Positions 1-14,300 of a stretch of 64,000 nucleotides of DNA are shown piece by piece. Position 1 is the stretch's first letter. Each line of letters opens with the position of its first letter. Below the pieces are notes generated by a model. The model saw only the letters and a program-made list of their open reading frames with translations. It was not told where the DNA came from and ran no database searches. The position numbers and the translations under genes were made by a program. This stretch comes from Phoronis australis (taxonomy: Eukaryota > Animalia > Phoronida): the NCBI GenBank assembly GCA_002633005.1, contig NMRA01000450.1, forward strand, positions 226,876 to 290,875, written 5' to 3'.

Positions 1-969
1 ATCATGTAGAATTCAAAAGATTACTCAAGGTATGCCGCATCATTGGATAATTCTGAAGTGGAATCTAGTAAAGTTTGTCTGTCTGGGGCCTTGGGTTTTA
101 AGGTGGCTGTATACCTGCCTCCCAAGAATCGTATTTTGATTTAGACCACCCGCTGTAACAAAATTGCTCTCAAATTGTTCCTCGTGTGATCTCAGGGCTT
201 CAGAAGAGCCGACAGTTTGCTATTGGTTGACTGCAGGCTTTACTTGTTGGGTTTTCTCGGTGTGTCATTTTACTTAGCAAGTGAGGAATGACAAAGTCAG
301 CTCTTCAAACTCATGTGATTAAGTAAGGAACCAGTTCAGACCAATTTTATATCAGTAGGTGACCCAAGTCAAAAGGTCACTTCTTTATGGTTTCTGTTTA
401 AGGCATTTTAGATACAAGGTAATGAATACCCCCATTAATACAAGTATTGGTGATGGATGTATCTATTAGAACAATTACCGGTACTGACATTCATGTACAT
501 TAACACATGCTGTAGTAACCTGCTATTTGAAGTACTATGCTGCTGGGCGCTTGCCAAGGGGGGTTGGCTTGTGGAGGGTTCACTTCATCCCGCTCTTTGC
601 TTCCATGAATACCTTGCATTCATTCAAATTAAGCTGAAGCCAATTGCAAGGAGAATGACACAAAAGATGAGTGTTTGTTTACATGTATCAGTACATCTAG
701 ATAAGGGCTTCACAAACACTGTATGCATTGGTTCTGCCTCTTCAGTCAAGTTTGCATTAGAAATTTCCATAACCATGACAAAATCAAATGTGTGCCCTGT
801 TGTGCAACTTGGTCCTGATCAGCTCCAGTGTCAGTGGGTGTCTGTAGCCTGAACAGATGTCTTTCAACTCCTCCCCTCATGAGTGTCTGGTCTATTCACA
901 CTTGTTGACTATGGCAATTCAGGTGAAGAACCTTGATTAAGGGACACAACCTCTGACTAATGCAATCTT

Positions 970-1495
970 TCAGTCAGTGGTCTAGCACACATCAACTACT
1001 ACCACTAAGTAGTCCAGCACACTTCACCACCAGCTACTTACTATGAGTGCTGTAATCAGTAGTCCAACACACTTCTCCACCAACTATGAGTTTGATAATC
1101 AGTAGTCCAGCACACTTTACCACCGACTACCAGTAATCAGTAGTCCAACACACATCACCACTGACTACTATCAGTACCGTAATCGGTAGTCCAGCGCACA
1201 TCACCACTGACTTCAGTAATCAGTAGTCCAACACACTTTACCACCGACTACCAGTAATCAGTCCAACACACATCACCACTGACTGCTATGAGTAGGGTAG
1301 TCAGTAGTCCAGCACTCTTTACTACCGACTACCAGTAATCAGTATTCCAGCACACATCACCACCGACTATTATGGGTACAGTAGTCAGTAATCCAGCACA
1401 CGTCACCACTGGCCACAAGTAGTAGCCCAGCTCACTTCACCACCAATTGCTACCAGTAATTAGTAGTCCAGCACACACCACCATTGAGTACTGAG
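970..1495. repeat. minisatellite, ~38/46-nt units (AATCAGTAGTCCAGCACACWTCACCACCGACTAC core), about 12 copies
   Basis: Core repeats visibly, with short and long units roughly alternating. Confidence 0.9.
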
Positions 1496-1785
1496 CCACA
1501 TATAGGTATGACTGGTACTGCTGTTAATACAGCACAATCAGTGCTAGTAGTGATATTTAGTTTTCTTTTGTTGAGACTTTTGAGCAAGAAAATTTCACCT
1601 CCCGGCCATATTGAAGAGCGTTTTCTCTAATCTATTTTACGGTAAAAAGACTTAAGTGTTTTGTGATAACCTTTACAGACCTAAGGTACATTATGATTGT
1701 TGGAACAAAACTACCACATCTGTGGCCTCAGGGTCAAAGTATCAGTCAGGCCATGGTTTTGACTGGAATTTGATATCAAGTCATT

Positions 1786-2250
1786 AGGGCCTTTCGCATT
1801 AGGGATTTTGTACGGTGGACTAACATTCTTTTTCGACCACAAGCATTTTAGACCCAATGCGAAAGGGGATTTAGACTGACCTAAATTTACCGTAGTACAG
1901 TATTAAAGTTGGTCCGAATACGTAAGCACCATGCGTTGCTCACTGTCCTTACTTATCTCCCCAAGTCACGCGAATCTGCAGTTCTATTTCTGTCTGTTCA
2001 CTGTGCAATTTTAAAGTTAAACATGGCTCAAAATAAGAATAGAACTAGCAAGTGGTTGTCTGATCCCTATTGCAGTATAGCGTAGGGACATCTTGTGTTT
2101 AGTACAATAAACCTTCAAAGTTAGGTGGTGGAATGTTAGTCTGGTCTGGTGAGAAAGGTGACACTTTGATACGGTAGGTTATCACGCTGATCTAAAATAT
2201 GTTCCAACCGCAAACTAGTCCGGACTAACTCTAAAGCGAAAGCAGCTATT
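1786..2250. mobile_element. degenerate MITE, PIF/Harbinger-like termini
   Basis: Left tagggcctttcgcattagg versus right ctctaaagcgaaagcagcta form an imperfect inverted pair; internal gtccggact-like repeats. Confidence 0.45.
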
Positions 2251-4462
2251 ATGTCCAAGCTAATTAATTGCGATAGAAAATGGTTTTCCAAGATATGCTG
2301 TACGGTGTGCATTAACGAATTCTTAACATGGAGATTTTACATCTTCTGTCATGTCAGAATGAACACATAACTGGACACCCGACATCCAGTTGTGATATAG
2401 GTAGCACTTAGCTACATGATAACAACCTGTTGTCACCTGATGATAGTAGTCCCAGGTAACAGTGCTTCATTGGGCAGGCACTGTCTAGAAAAGTCTACTG
2501 CCAAGTTTGAACAGAAAGGGGCATTAAAGGGGTCCATGCTTTCTGTAAAACAAATCAGCTTTGATGTAGGTCACTTTCCGTTACAGAGTTACTCTAATTT
2601 TATTCCCAACTCGGTGAACACTGGTTTCATGAAGAACTGTCAGTCCATTATTTCTACAGATCAAGCGTGTCTTATGATGTGCATAATCCTTCCTTTATTT
2701 AAAGCTGCATTTTGTCCTACATAGCTGGCTAAAAAGGAAAATCTAATTAGGCATCTTACTGTCACGTATTGATCTCATAATTATGGTTATGGGGATTAAT
2801 TGATTTGTAATTGAATCTGGTTGCAGTAGTGACTAATTTCAATATCAAAATGCCAAGGCCAATTTTGATTAGATTTTTAGTTCCAGTTTTCGTTAGTACT
2901 TGTCTTACTCGCACCTTGAAGAGTTGAACAAATAATCAGCTCTGGAAAGTTCGTTAGTTGAAATCTTATCATATTTAGCAATTTTATTGGTTAAGTTGAT
3001 TACTTAACTGTGTTGAGAGTTCATAAATTGGCATCAATAATCGAATCAAAAATAACCTTAACTCTTAAAAACAAAAGCAAATCAAATTGACGTCCTAAAA
3101 ATGCGTGTTGTTCCATCCCTAATTACTTCTTATATTCCTTATGGTTGTCACATCCCTTAGTACTCATTATATTCCTTATGGTACCATCATAGGATTCTAT
3201 ATCTGTTACCAAGCGAGTGGCATGAAATTTTAGGGTGGGTAACCTCAAAACCCCAAAATTGAATTGTTTCTGAGCAATTTTTGGTTGGCCAACTCCAAAA
3301 GCTCTGAATTGTTTTATGGGTTCTCTGATAGTTTTGATGCTCTTGTTGGTGATGGAAATGGAATCCTATCACAGCAAGGCATCTTGTCTGACCGATTCTG
3401 TGCAAAAAATAGAGCTGTAATTCTATTTTCGTCTTTAGCCAGCAATACAGGTCAAAATGCAGTTTTATGTATTGCACTGCCTGTTGGCAATTTATTGGCC
3501 AATAGAATTATTATTTTTATTTGCTAAAGATCCTTGTCTTTTGTTGGGTATTTTCACACAACTGAGACATTGTGCTACACACCATTCTGTGATCTATAAA
3601 CATAATGGTTGCGGCTGATCAAAGTTCAATATGATTTGCTTACATTCAAGGGTGAAATTCAAACAAAAACCTGTAGATAAACCATTATGGACAAGACAAC
3701 AGTGTTCACAGCACCTTAACCAAGTGCGGTTTCAGAATACAATTTGGGCAGTTTTACTGACATATGTTTTGACCTACTGTCGGTAATACTTCCCCAATAA
3801 AATTACTCATCTAAGATCGTGTAGGGCCCTAGAAAAATGTTGAGATTTGGCTAACTTCAGAACATCACATCTCAGAAATGAATGATCGTATTCTAGCTAG
3901 TCATAGCTTCTCACATTTGATGACATGTCAAATTTGGATGTGGTTGTGTTCATGACCTCTACAATGAACAGAGTTGGCGTGATTGCCAGTATAAAACTAT
4001 CGGTCGGTTTGTGGTATTTTTGCACTTATTTTTGGGGATTTCATTTTTATTTGGGTGACATACAGTCAGAAAATGATTAGTTATGACAGTATTTGAACTT
4101 AATTGCCGTCTTTTGAGTATTTTTTACTGTATATTCCCAAGAAAACAGAAATCCTGACTTGGGCAAAGCTTCAGCAAAAAATAACATTCGTTATAAGGTA
4201 AATAGCAATTGCTTAAAATGAGATGTGTTTAAGTGTGCTCAATTTTGATTTGGCCTTCGGTGTTACCCATGGCCCCCCTCTAAATCCGCCACTGATTAGA
4301 ATGGTAACATTTTTAAAGCCCAAAGCACTTTGCGTACAAAATTAAGCTTTGGCAGCTAAACAGGTTGATGTCCAGCTTCTCATGTTTTATTTGTAAGTTA
4401 TTTCTCAGACCTGTGCATTGGTGTTTGTTCAGGAGGGCAATTATTATTAGGAAGGCAATTGT

Positions 4463-5112
4463 TATGGTAAAAATTCTCCAGTTTGGGACGCGAAACGGTG
4501 GACGAGTGAATTTTCATTTTGCGAAATTTCTCAACTAAAATAACTTTTCAGGAAAATTTACTTGGCTTTTAGCATGGTTTGTATGACGTAGCTATTACCA
4601 AACAACGTTTGCTAAAATTTTGAACTTTTGTAACAATGTGGTAACGATCTGTAAAATAGAAATATGGCAATTTCAGCAATTATTTTTAGTGCCGTCTTCA
4701 CACAGGCTTATAATAAAACAAGTTACTCCTGGAACGAGTTATCGTTAGGTTTGAGTGCTGTCTGCATGCTATTTAAACTAACGCATCTTACCCACTTGTG
4801 ACAACTTACTCCACATTATTGAGGTGAGGCAACTTGTTCTGGGGTAACTTGCGCCTCTGGTAATCGTTGTGTGGCCGTAAAAGTGGGTTAGAGCGGAAGT
4901 AATCATCAGCTGTGGGTACATACGGACAGGTATTCTTTTGTATGCTGTACTTACATTAGGTTTCATTGCCAATCACGGACCAACAACTTGCGCCTTACCC
5001 TAGTTATCGGATATGTGTGTGTGGACACTCCGCTTAAAAGTGGGGGTAAGTTGTTCTAGGGTAGGCTTTGTGTGGACGGGACATATGTGTCAAATTGAAA
5101 AATTTTAGCGTG
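4463..5112. mobile_element. TACGGTAAAA-TIR MITE (family A) interrupted by a family B MITE
   Basis: 4463-4688 is the reverse complement of the intact copy 21613-21861; the missing terminus resumes at ~5086-5112. Confidence 0.75.
4689..5082. mobile_element. ~390-bp MITE family B, TIR GTGCCGTCCACAC, TTA-like target (PIF/Harbinger-like)
   Basis: tta|gtgccgtcttcacac ... gtgtggacgggac|ata; internal sequence matches 21144-21493 in inverted orientation. Confidence 0.75.
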
Positions 5113-5263
5113 ACGTTGTCAATGCACTTTTGTTAACTTTTGCAGTTAAGCAGGTGTTTTAAATTCAATTCATAGCATGTTTCTTAGACCTGTACACCAG
5201 TGTTTGTTTAGAGTAGAAGTGCTGAGTATTCTGTCTGAGTTTATGTTGTTGTTATTATTACAG

Positions 5264-5358
5264 GTATGGCACAAGGGATGTTTCAAGTGTCAAGAATGCA
5301 ATATGACACTGAACATGAAGAACTACAAGGGTTACAATAAACTGCCCTACTGTAACGC
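5264..5358 (+). CDS. LASP1: LASP exon 2 (LIM domain: [32 protein letters not shown])
   Basis: ttattacag acceptor, GC|gtgagt donor, 95 nt, phase 0-2; typical LASP LIM zinc-ligand pattern. Confidence 0.97.
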
Positions 5359-8300
5359 GTGAGTTGACACATAGTGTACCTAACTATCAGATGTACCTAA
5401 GTATCGGACGTTTTTATGAAATTTTACCTGGTGCATTTTCTAAGAAATGAATTTCATCAATTTCCGTTCCGTTGTTGCGCGTTCAACGTCTCGTTTTTGA
5501 TAGCCTTGCCTCGTTTTGATTTCACTGAGAGAGGGTACAATTTAGACCCCAAAGTCCACCCATGACGTTCGATCGCATAAAACGGTAATAAAAGTTGAAA
5601 TCAAAATTTTTCTCCACAATGAAATCATCTGAATGAACTGACAACCTTCCTCTACTTCTTTTTTTCGTTTGCTTTTAAACTCAAGTCAAACCCTGGTGGC
5701 ACACGTGTGTGTGTGTCATATCAAGATGGCAAAGAGGTCTATACTAAAAACTACAAATGAGATATTACAATGACTTGCTTTAGTAATCTGCACTGATTCA
5801 TCAAGGTAACTTGTTGTTTCAGTGAAGAATTTACAACAACCTCTTGTAGTTTCAATTAAATATAATGCAAAGTGTGCCAAAACGCCTGATGTGTAGGTCA
5901 ATTGTCTTACTGATGTCTCTCCTCCTTCCAACCTTCAAACTATATAATCGNGGGGGGGGGGGGGGGGTTGTGGCAAGTGAATGATCAACGAAAGTAATTA
6001 GGTTCAGCACAGCGTTACTCTGTCCCTGTCACATTAAAGGTTAAACCGTCCAACCAGCACATGTGGCTTTGGTATTGTCATTGTGCTGTTGACAATTGTG
6101 TTTGCTGCATAATTGTAACACTTGCATCCTCTATCCGTGTCAGTAGCGGACGTCCTTGTTAGTTTGATTGTCTTCGTTTTCCTGTCGTTTTTTTATTTTT
6201 TTGTTCTGCACATTTACTAGTTTTAATTATCTATTGTCGCTCAGGCCGTCATCCTGACAACAGTGTAATTGAATAATCTTGGCTTGCGTGGCCACTCAGT
6301 GCAACTCTAGTGCATGGCCACTCAGTGAAACACTTATACTGTAATCTCAACTTCAGCCAGGCCTTCATTTATAGGGTGTCCACAATGTCCAAGTGGACAC
6401 CCTTACTCAAATTTAGACACCCAAGTAAAGTAAGCAAGTCAGCATAGGTGTCTGTTTTCACTTGGGGGCAACAGCTCTGGCAGCTCATTGGCCAGTCCAG
6501 AATAAAAAGTTGATTTAGTTGTGGTTTAAGATACCAAAAAGCTTTTGCAGAAGCATATCGCCATAGTAACATACCCCACTATAATAGCAACTTGACTTGA
6601 GGTCATAAAAACAGTCACGCTTCATTGGTCTGAGAAATTGGGAAGCCCACTTTTAGATGCTCTATTTTTGAAGTCCTGGATGAACACCTGGCTTCCCGCC
6701 AGTTATATGTTGCCCTTGTTTCCACCTTTACCTCAACAACTTAACACTGCTGTTCACGAGGCAATCTGCAACAGCTGAAACCTTTGGCCTTGCAGTAAAC
6801 CTAGAAAAGCAAAATTTAAATTGAATTTGTCTCAGGCACTTAAGTATTCGCTATTGTTCCCTGTATGCTGAAACGTAGGCTGGAACGTTCTTCCTACAGC
6901 TATTCATACAGATCAGGGAGTGTCTGACTTTGTACCATGCTGTGTATTAGGGCCTTAAGGGCAGGCATTGGTGGGTAAACAATACCATTTAGAGCATTCT
7001 TTGCTGTATTTTCCTCAGCAGAACATTCTGAAACCTATTTGTTGGTTTGCAAATACAATTGGCTTTTGGGTATTGTGAAGAAAAGGTTCAGTCAGTTGCC
7101 ACGTATGTCAAATCTTAAATAATTGAAAGTCCACGAAAAGACCTCTTTTTTTAATGCCCAGTGTCCCCAACCACTTGACCAGCGTTCGGCCTCGGGGATT
7201 AACACCAACTTTTGAATTAGACCACTTACCCCGTATGTTGTACACTTGGCTGTATCTTCTACCTTGAGGACTCGTAGTTGAGCCCCAGTTAAACAGACAA
7301 GTTCTGGGTTATAAAATGACTCTGAACTGAACCTCTAATGAGTTGACCATGCTAGGGCCTTGGTAGCTTTGTGTTTTCTATATGCTAGTTTGAGAATAGG
7401 CTATTTCCGTACTCTTGAACTCTAGACAGAGTGATTGGTACTTTTATGTAGATTCTTGAACCTTGGTGCTTGTGCGTAGGTACTTGTACATAGTGCATCT
7501 TTCCTGTTGTCTTGTTAAAAGCATCATCGTGCTATGACAGAGGTTTGATCACTGCAGTAGTGTAAGATATCAATCATCTAGTTCTATAGTATTAACAGTA
7601 GAAACCTCATGAATTTAGGACACAATATGGTGGCAGGGATATTATTGACCAGGCTTGGGCCTGTGCCCTTTGCGTGCCTGTTATCAAAAAGTTGTTTCCG
7701 GTAGACTAAGTGTAGTGAGTTGAAGCCCAGCCATAGCTAGGTAGCCACTCAAATTTTGTTGTAAATTTTTGGGAGCTGATTGCTTAGCTGTTAAACTGGA
7801 TGGTGTATTGCCGGATCACACGTTACAGGGTCATTGGTAACGTGAACACTCATGGTCGCCATATCTATGACACTAAAAGTCACCAGATTGTTGGTGTGGG
7901 GATGAGGATCACTGCTTGGTTACCATTATCACTGTTGATACCACTGGTCGTCATGCGTAATCGTCGGTAGGGAATCACTCGTCAAGGATTACTTTTCGGA
8001 TGTTGCCTTTTTGATTTCCAAAATTCTAAAAAAAGTCGGCTGCCGCTTTGCCATAGCTGAGAGTTTTGACAGCTTCCTCAAAAGTCACTAGTCCATATCA
8101 GTCCTCTGCCAGATAATAAATGTCAAGGATGTTGTGGTGGTCACAGCTGTGACCGATGCATGCATGGTTTGTTTGTAAACAGTAATGGTAGTTTGCAATC
8201 AAAATTGACAAGCCTATTTCATTTCAATGAAATCTGCGAAATATAAATATTGCCTGGTTGGCTGTAAGTTGGTTATACTACTGCATTTCTGGAAGAGTGC

Positions 8301-11300
8301 TGCGTTTAAAAAGATATACCAGAGGAGTGCCATGCAGCAATTTGATTGTGGCGTAGTATTTTTTTACGTACTAATGCTGCACACTGCACAGGCATGCTCC
8401 TCGAATATCTCAATGGTGGTCAAATGAAATTTTATTTTCTGATATTTTCCTAAAAGATGTATAGCACCAAATTTATGCGTGTTCAAGCTCTGTACTGTCG
8501 CTACCATCAGAAAATATTTTAAACAATTCTGGTCATTTACTGGATTGTAAGAAAACCTTTGAAAATGAAAACGGGGAATTTTGGCAATTATTTTTGTCAC
8601 AAATTGGTGAGATTTTATGGCGACTGTTTTGATGTTTTAGCCAATTTGACTGAAAGATTTGAAGACTACTGTAAGCGGAGGGTGCCCAAAGGTTTTTAAA
8701 AACTTTCTCACAGACTTTGGGTTGAGCATTAAATGTGTTACTGTCGTTTAACAAAATTTTTTACTGCTTTGCTTCAAGTTTGAAAAGTTAGACGTAAAAC
8801 TGCTTGTGAGGTTTAACTTCACTTCTAGCCATGTGTTGCCAAGCGTGATGTAGGATGTAAGCACATGATGGTAGGAGATGTTCCCCATCACCAGTCTCTG
8901 ACTAAATTGTTAATGAGGTCAGGATTGTGTTGACCTCGCCTCTCAAGTGCACTGCCCCCACATTCACCAACATTCCTACCAACCCACAGGCAACATTATC
9001 TTATTAACCAAACTATGCGCTGCTGCTGCACATAGCTTCACACATCACCACCTCCTTGCACTATATGTTTGAGAGCTTTCATGCATACCGTAAAATCTTA
9101 CCAATTTCGGACCAGAGATAATCACCAAAATTAATCATTTTTCGTTTTTCATTAAAGTCTTCTAACCTTGTGAATGCTAGAATTTGTCCAAATATTGCCA
9201 GACGATGGTTACGTTATAAGATTTATAGATGAAGGAGTATTTATTTGGTGCTACTTATGTTTCATGAAAAAATTAAAATGAAAATTTCACTTGTCCTAAA
9301 GTGGTGAGATTTTACCATAAGAACATGGCCACTCGCACAACCACTGTCTACGACATTTTTTCTGACACAAACCGGCAGGGTGTTATCAACCTGTGAAGCA
9401 TTCAATCTAGGAGTTGATATGCTGTGACACTAGTGAACTTATCTGTTTTGAACAGATTTCTTTCAAGCAGTCTTTTACATGGTTCACCTTGCATTACAAC
9501 AGTTAGTGAAGCTTTGGCTTATAAGTTCTCCAAAACTTCCAAATTTTCAAGGGCTCGATACCAGCGTGTCAATGTGTCATAACTAGGAAGTGACCTAAAC
9601 ATGACTTCACTTGGTATTTTGACCATGTATGTATGATGTCAGTGATCTTAGGATTCTTATTTTAATACACAAATGACACTGCCTTGATCGAAACTAGAGG
9701 AATTGGGCTGGGTCTAATTCAGGTCACGTTATCGCCTTGTTTTTTTTAGTTGAGATCAGCAAAAACCAACATTGGCTGTGTATGCTGTCTGGGGCTAGTC
9801 AGCAGTAGAGTGGCTATATTTGGATATCAGCAACTATTAGAGAAACAAGATCTGGTTGGCAATCATGACTCCTGTTGGCAGTAATGAATTCTCTTCCTGT
9901 TTAATGGCCATAATCACCTGTTGAAAGTGCCTAGTGTAGAATCCTGCTGTGCAGTCGTCTGCTGACTATGTCAAATGAGAATTGTGAAGTATTCAAATAG
10001 CGTTTTTAAGACAGTTTCTTGTATAAAATTGATGGGCTTTTTTATTTCCTGACTTGTTGAATCTCTGTGGGAGCATTTGACCTTTGCTGCAGAGAGAATG
10101 TGCAGGAATCCACGTATTGTCAATAAGCCAAGTAGGAAGTAGCTTGGCTGCTAATCATGTTACTATAATAATACATATTCAGAAGACCACTGTCCCATTC
10201 TACTGTTCATACCAGGAATATCTGTTAGTAAGCCCCTGGGCATGTAGTTGGGAATCCCAATCAGACGGTCTGGTAGTAAGCCCCTGGGTGTGTAGTCTTG
10301 AAACAGCACAACCCCAAATGTAAACCTAGGCATACTTTTGGAAGCGGGGAATCCCTAAACAGAAAGTGCATGAGATAGGTCGAGGTGGGTGCAAATGTAT
10401 GCCTTAAAATGATATTTAATAAAAACTGGCATTTGTAACAATTGGCTGACCATCGTTTTTGATTGACACTTGCTGATAGATACTTTTCGTATTGGCAAAC
10501 TGTTAAGGCAGAGAAGTTGCAATTGTGGTTGTCAAAGGGTATTTCTGGAATGAATATGTGTCATTATGCATAAAAATACACGGAATTCATTTCTACTAAA
10601 CTCTACTGAGAGGAAGATGTCAATGTCATATCTTCAACATAAAGGGGACAAAATGTGTAGAGTTGACTAGACCAAAAAATTGAATGGGTGCTTGTTCACT
10701 CAAAAAAAATTCTTGTATTGTAAGGGACAAATACTGTGGAGTCATCTGCCATCTAAATATATGACTGTGGATGTACATTTGGGGGCTACTAGAAATTCTC
10801 GTTTTTTATTTGTTTCTGCACACACTCCTAGAGCCATCTATGTACCGTCTCTTTCTGCTGTTGATTCATTGAAAACACTAAAGGCGTGTACATACACTGT
10901 GCTAGCCTTCTACAACAGTTGCAACACTGAAAAACCACAGGCTTCGATTCCAGCTTGGCCACTTAGGTTGGGTTGACCCAGATATTACTGTATTCAGATA
11001 TTACTGTATTCATCTATCATCACTGCAACACTGTTGGTAGAGACATTGTGAAATGGTGTCTGTTGTTCATTACTTGGTGAAGCGAAACTGGTGGCAGGGT
11101 TCCAGGCTAAATGTGGCAGCAGCAAATTCCCCAGTTTCCAAATAGGAAAATGAGCTCACTGGAACAAGGAAACCCATATGCATAGTTGACAACAGTCAAA
11201 AATGAGAAAACGGAATATCTCAATTGAGTAGTAGGCGATTTTTTTTTCGAATAGATTATTAAGAGAAAAGAGTGCATTGTATGGTCGTTAACGACAAAAT

Positions 11301-14300
11301 TCCCCCTCAGACACACTACCTTATAGCTCGTCAACCTCAGGGAAAGGCAGACGAGCACGACATGTTGTCTGTGCATGTGTCATGAACGGGGCTTCAGGTG
11401 TGTTCCCTGAAAAATCGCGACTCCCATCCATTTACATCCTGTAGTATTTTGAGCGGATGATCTGAGCACGTGGCGACTTGGCTTTTTTATCTGGTCGCCT
11501 GAACAAAATCTGGGGTCACATTGGGAGCCCTGTTACACGGTTGAGAGTTTTCTCGTTTGTTTTGATCCGTTTACCCAAGGTACACAACTAAGTATACCAC
11601 GAAAGGTAACGCATTCAAAATTGGTTCTTACAACATGCAACATCTTTCTAGTCACTTGATGGCAGTAAACTGACAAATGTAATGATAGGTGGTTTTATTG
11701 TGCTACTGACCAGTGTGGTGGTTACATTGTGCTACTGACCACTGTCCAGTGTCCTGGTTCACCTCAGGGCAAAGGTGGCTATACTTTATAATAAATGAAT
11801 ACTTTCCAACAAAAGTACAATTCTTCTCTGTGGCCATCAATTCCACACACAGTTGCAGTTGTCACCAGACTGCCAGTGAACTTAGATTTTTAATGTTTTG
11901 GTAAGGACTGTTGGCAAATAATTCCTGGCCCTTGTTTGTTTGCACAAGCCCAAAAAGCCCTTAGTAGTTACAATAGTTCCATGAAGGCTTCAGGCATAGG
12001 ACATTCACTTGTGAGACTCAAATGAGAATGGCTTTCTCTCTCCCAACTTCAGTCCACATCGTGTGTAGGCAGTTCAGAAATAAAATTAGCCATAGCTGAA
12101 AAACAAAAAGAATTAGAATTTATGCGGGGATTTGGCAGTCTAGGGCAATAAAAGAGAACCAAGGATGTTGTCACGACTACTAAATATATGTAAGGTTTCC
12201 AAGGCGACGAGGTTTACTGTAAGTAAAAAACAGGTGTGTACTGAACTTTTCAAATCCTGCATGCAAATCATTATCAGGATCTAGGTTCCCTGTGCATGCT
12301 ACTTTGTATTGTTAATTAGGTTCTCCAGTAGAGGAGGTACCTACCGAGGACTATACTTTGAAATATACAGTATTTTCTCAGCCGGTAGCAATACAAATTA
12401 ACACTCAATAATTGGATAAAACGTCAAGTCACACTCGCACATTAATCCGAGACTTAAGCCCGTTTGTGTACAGCGCTTTTTACTACTATGCATAAATATA
12501 CACCAATATACACCCAGGTATAAATGTTAATTTACATGTGGGGGGAAAGAAAAACTATGTTTGTGTTCAGTTCTTAATACTTTTTGCAGCACAAAGTCGA
12601 CTCAAATTCAACAGTTGCTTTGAGTCTTGGTATCTGTAAGGCTCAGTATCGATTCCCATGGGACTGCTTTTTGAGCTATGACACAAACGGCATGTATGGA
12701 TGGGCTGGGGGCAAAACGCATTTAATAATGAATTTGCAGTGATGAAGGGTGGTTTGATAATTTTCAAATGGCTGATGTCCTTCTATTAGGTAGTAGTAGT
12801 ATTCCTTGAACATATTTCAAAAGAATGAGACTATGAACTGTTGAAGCCAAGTCGTAATGAATGAGCACGCGTACAGGATTTGGTAACCGCATTGTCGATA
12901 ACGTGACAGAGTTACGAAAGCAAGTGTTCTCAATTCAAACGTTAAGTTAGCACAGTTACAGTTGATTACAAAATATTTTTCGCAGTTTTTGTTTCAGCAA
13001 CATGGTCTCAGTTTTTGATGTGTGATTACTAATACTGATCATATCATTAGTGACGTAAACACGAGATGGCCGGGTCACATTCATGACGTGCTGGGTTTTG
13101 GAAAATCAGCATTCAAAGGGAGCGACGAACTTTTGTCCTGATGAAGTCATAAGTGTCCCTATTGTGCCTCTTAGGAATGGTGCATATCCAGTGAAACTGT
13201 GGCATAAAAAAGCCGTTGGTGAAAGTTTCACACAGCAGCATCAACAGCAGCAGCCTCAGCGCAGCAGCAGCAGCCTCAGCACAGCAGCAGCCTCAGCACA
13301 GCAGCAGCAGCAGCAGCAGCAACAGCATTTCAATAAAAGGCCATACCAAACCACACATGACAACTGAGGATCTTTTGGATGTTTAAAGGGGAGTGGTTTT
13401 TCTTCAGGAACAGATGAAGTCAAAGAAATAACTTCATAATGACACTTTTAGCAGCTTTTACACCAGTGCGTAAATTTAAATTGTGTTCAGTTGCACTAGG
13501 TGTATATTTGCATTTGTTTAAATTTACATGTGCACGGCCTCTTGAGGTGGCGTAATTATGCACGCGAGTCTAGTTTTACACCCGAGTGTATTTGCACTTA
13601 TATGGCAAAAGTAGGTAAATTTACACTCAGATGTAAATATACACTCTGCTGTAAATATACACTCGGGAGGAAACACCATCATGTAAATGGGGCGTTATTT
13701 CGATAGATCATAGTATCATGTCAACATTGCTAAACCGACAATAAATCATTATTTTCATAACTGTCAAATTTTAAGCATGGGTTATTTTCATATAAAAACA
13801 TAGCACAGTATTCAAAAATATCCGTCAGCTACAGCCAATTATTCAACTACCCAACAATCGTGGTTTTATGAATTGATATTTTTTCGAAATCAGATTGCCA
13901 ATCGTGTGTTTCTTTCAAATTGATCAGTTGTAGTGTCAATACCTAAAAAAATTCTTGATCTCTTAAGTTTCTGTTGAGTTGATCATGTTGTTGGCCGTCA
14001 TTTTCTGACCTCGGCTGTCCATCCTTTTTGACTGCCAGGATGGTCATGTAGCCGAGTCCCTGAAGCCGAGTCCCTGAAGCCGTGTCCCTGAAGCCGAGTC
14101 CCTGAAGCCATGTCCCTGAAGCCGAGTCCCTGAAGCCGAGTCCCTNTCCCTCAAGCCGTGTCCCTAAAGCCGAGTCCCTAAAGCCGAGTCCCTAAAGCCG
14201 AGTCCCTAAAGCCGAGTCCCTAAAGCCGAGTCCCTGAAGCTTTATGGGAATAATGATCATGTGCTGACTGCAGACCTGGCTTGATCTCTCATACTTTAGT

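Noticed and set aside
970-1495. CRISPR-like array
   Set aside because: Eukaryotic intron, degenerate repeats, short mutually related spacers and no cas genes; it is a minisatellite.
13083-13367. polyQ ORF as a LASP exon or separate gene
   Set aside because: CAG microsatellite. LASP exons 2 and 3 already join in phase within the LIM domain, and no convincing splice sites flank it.
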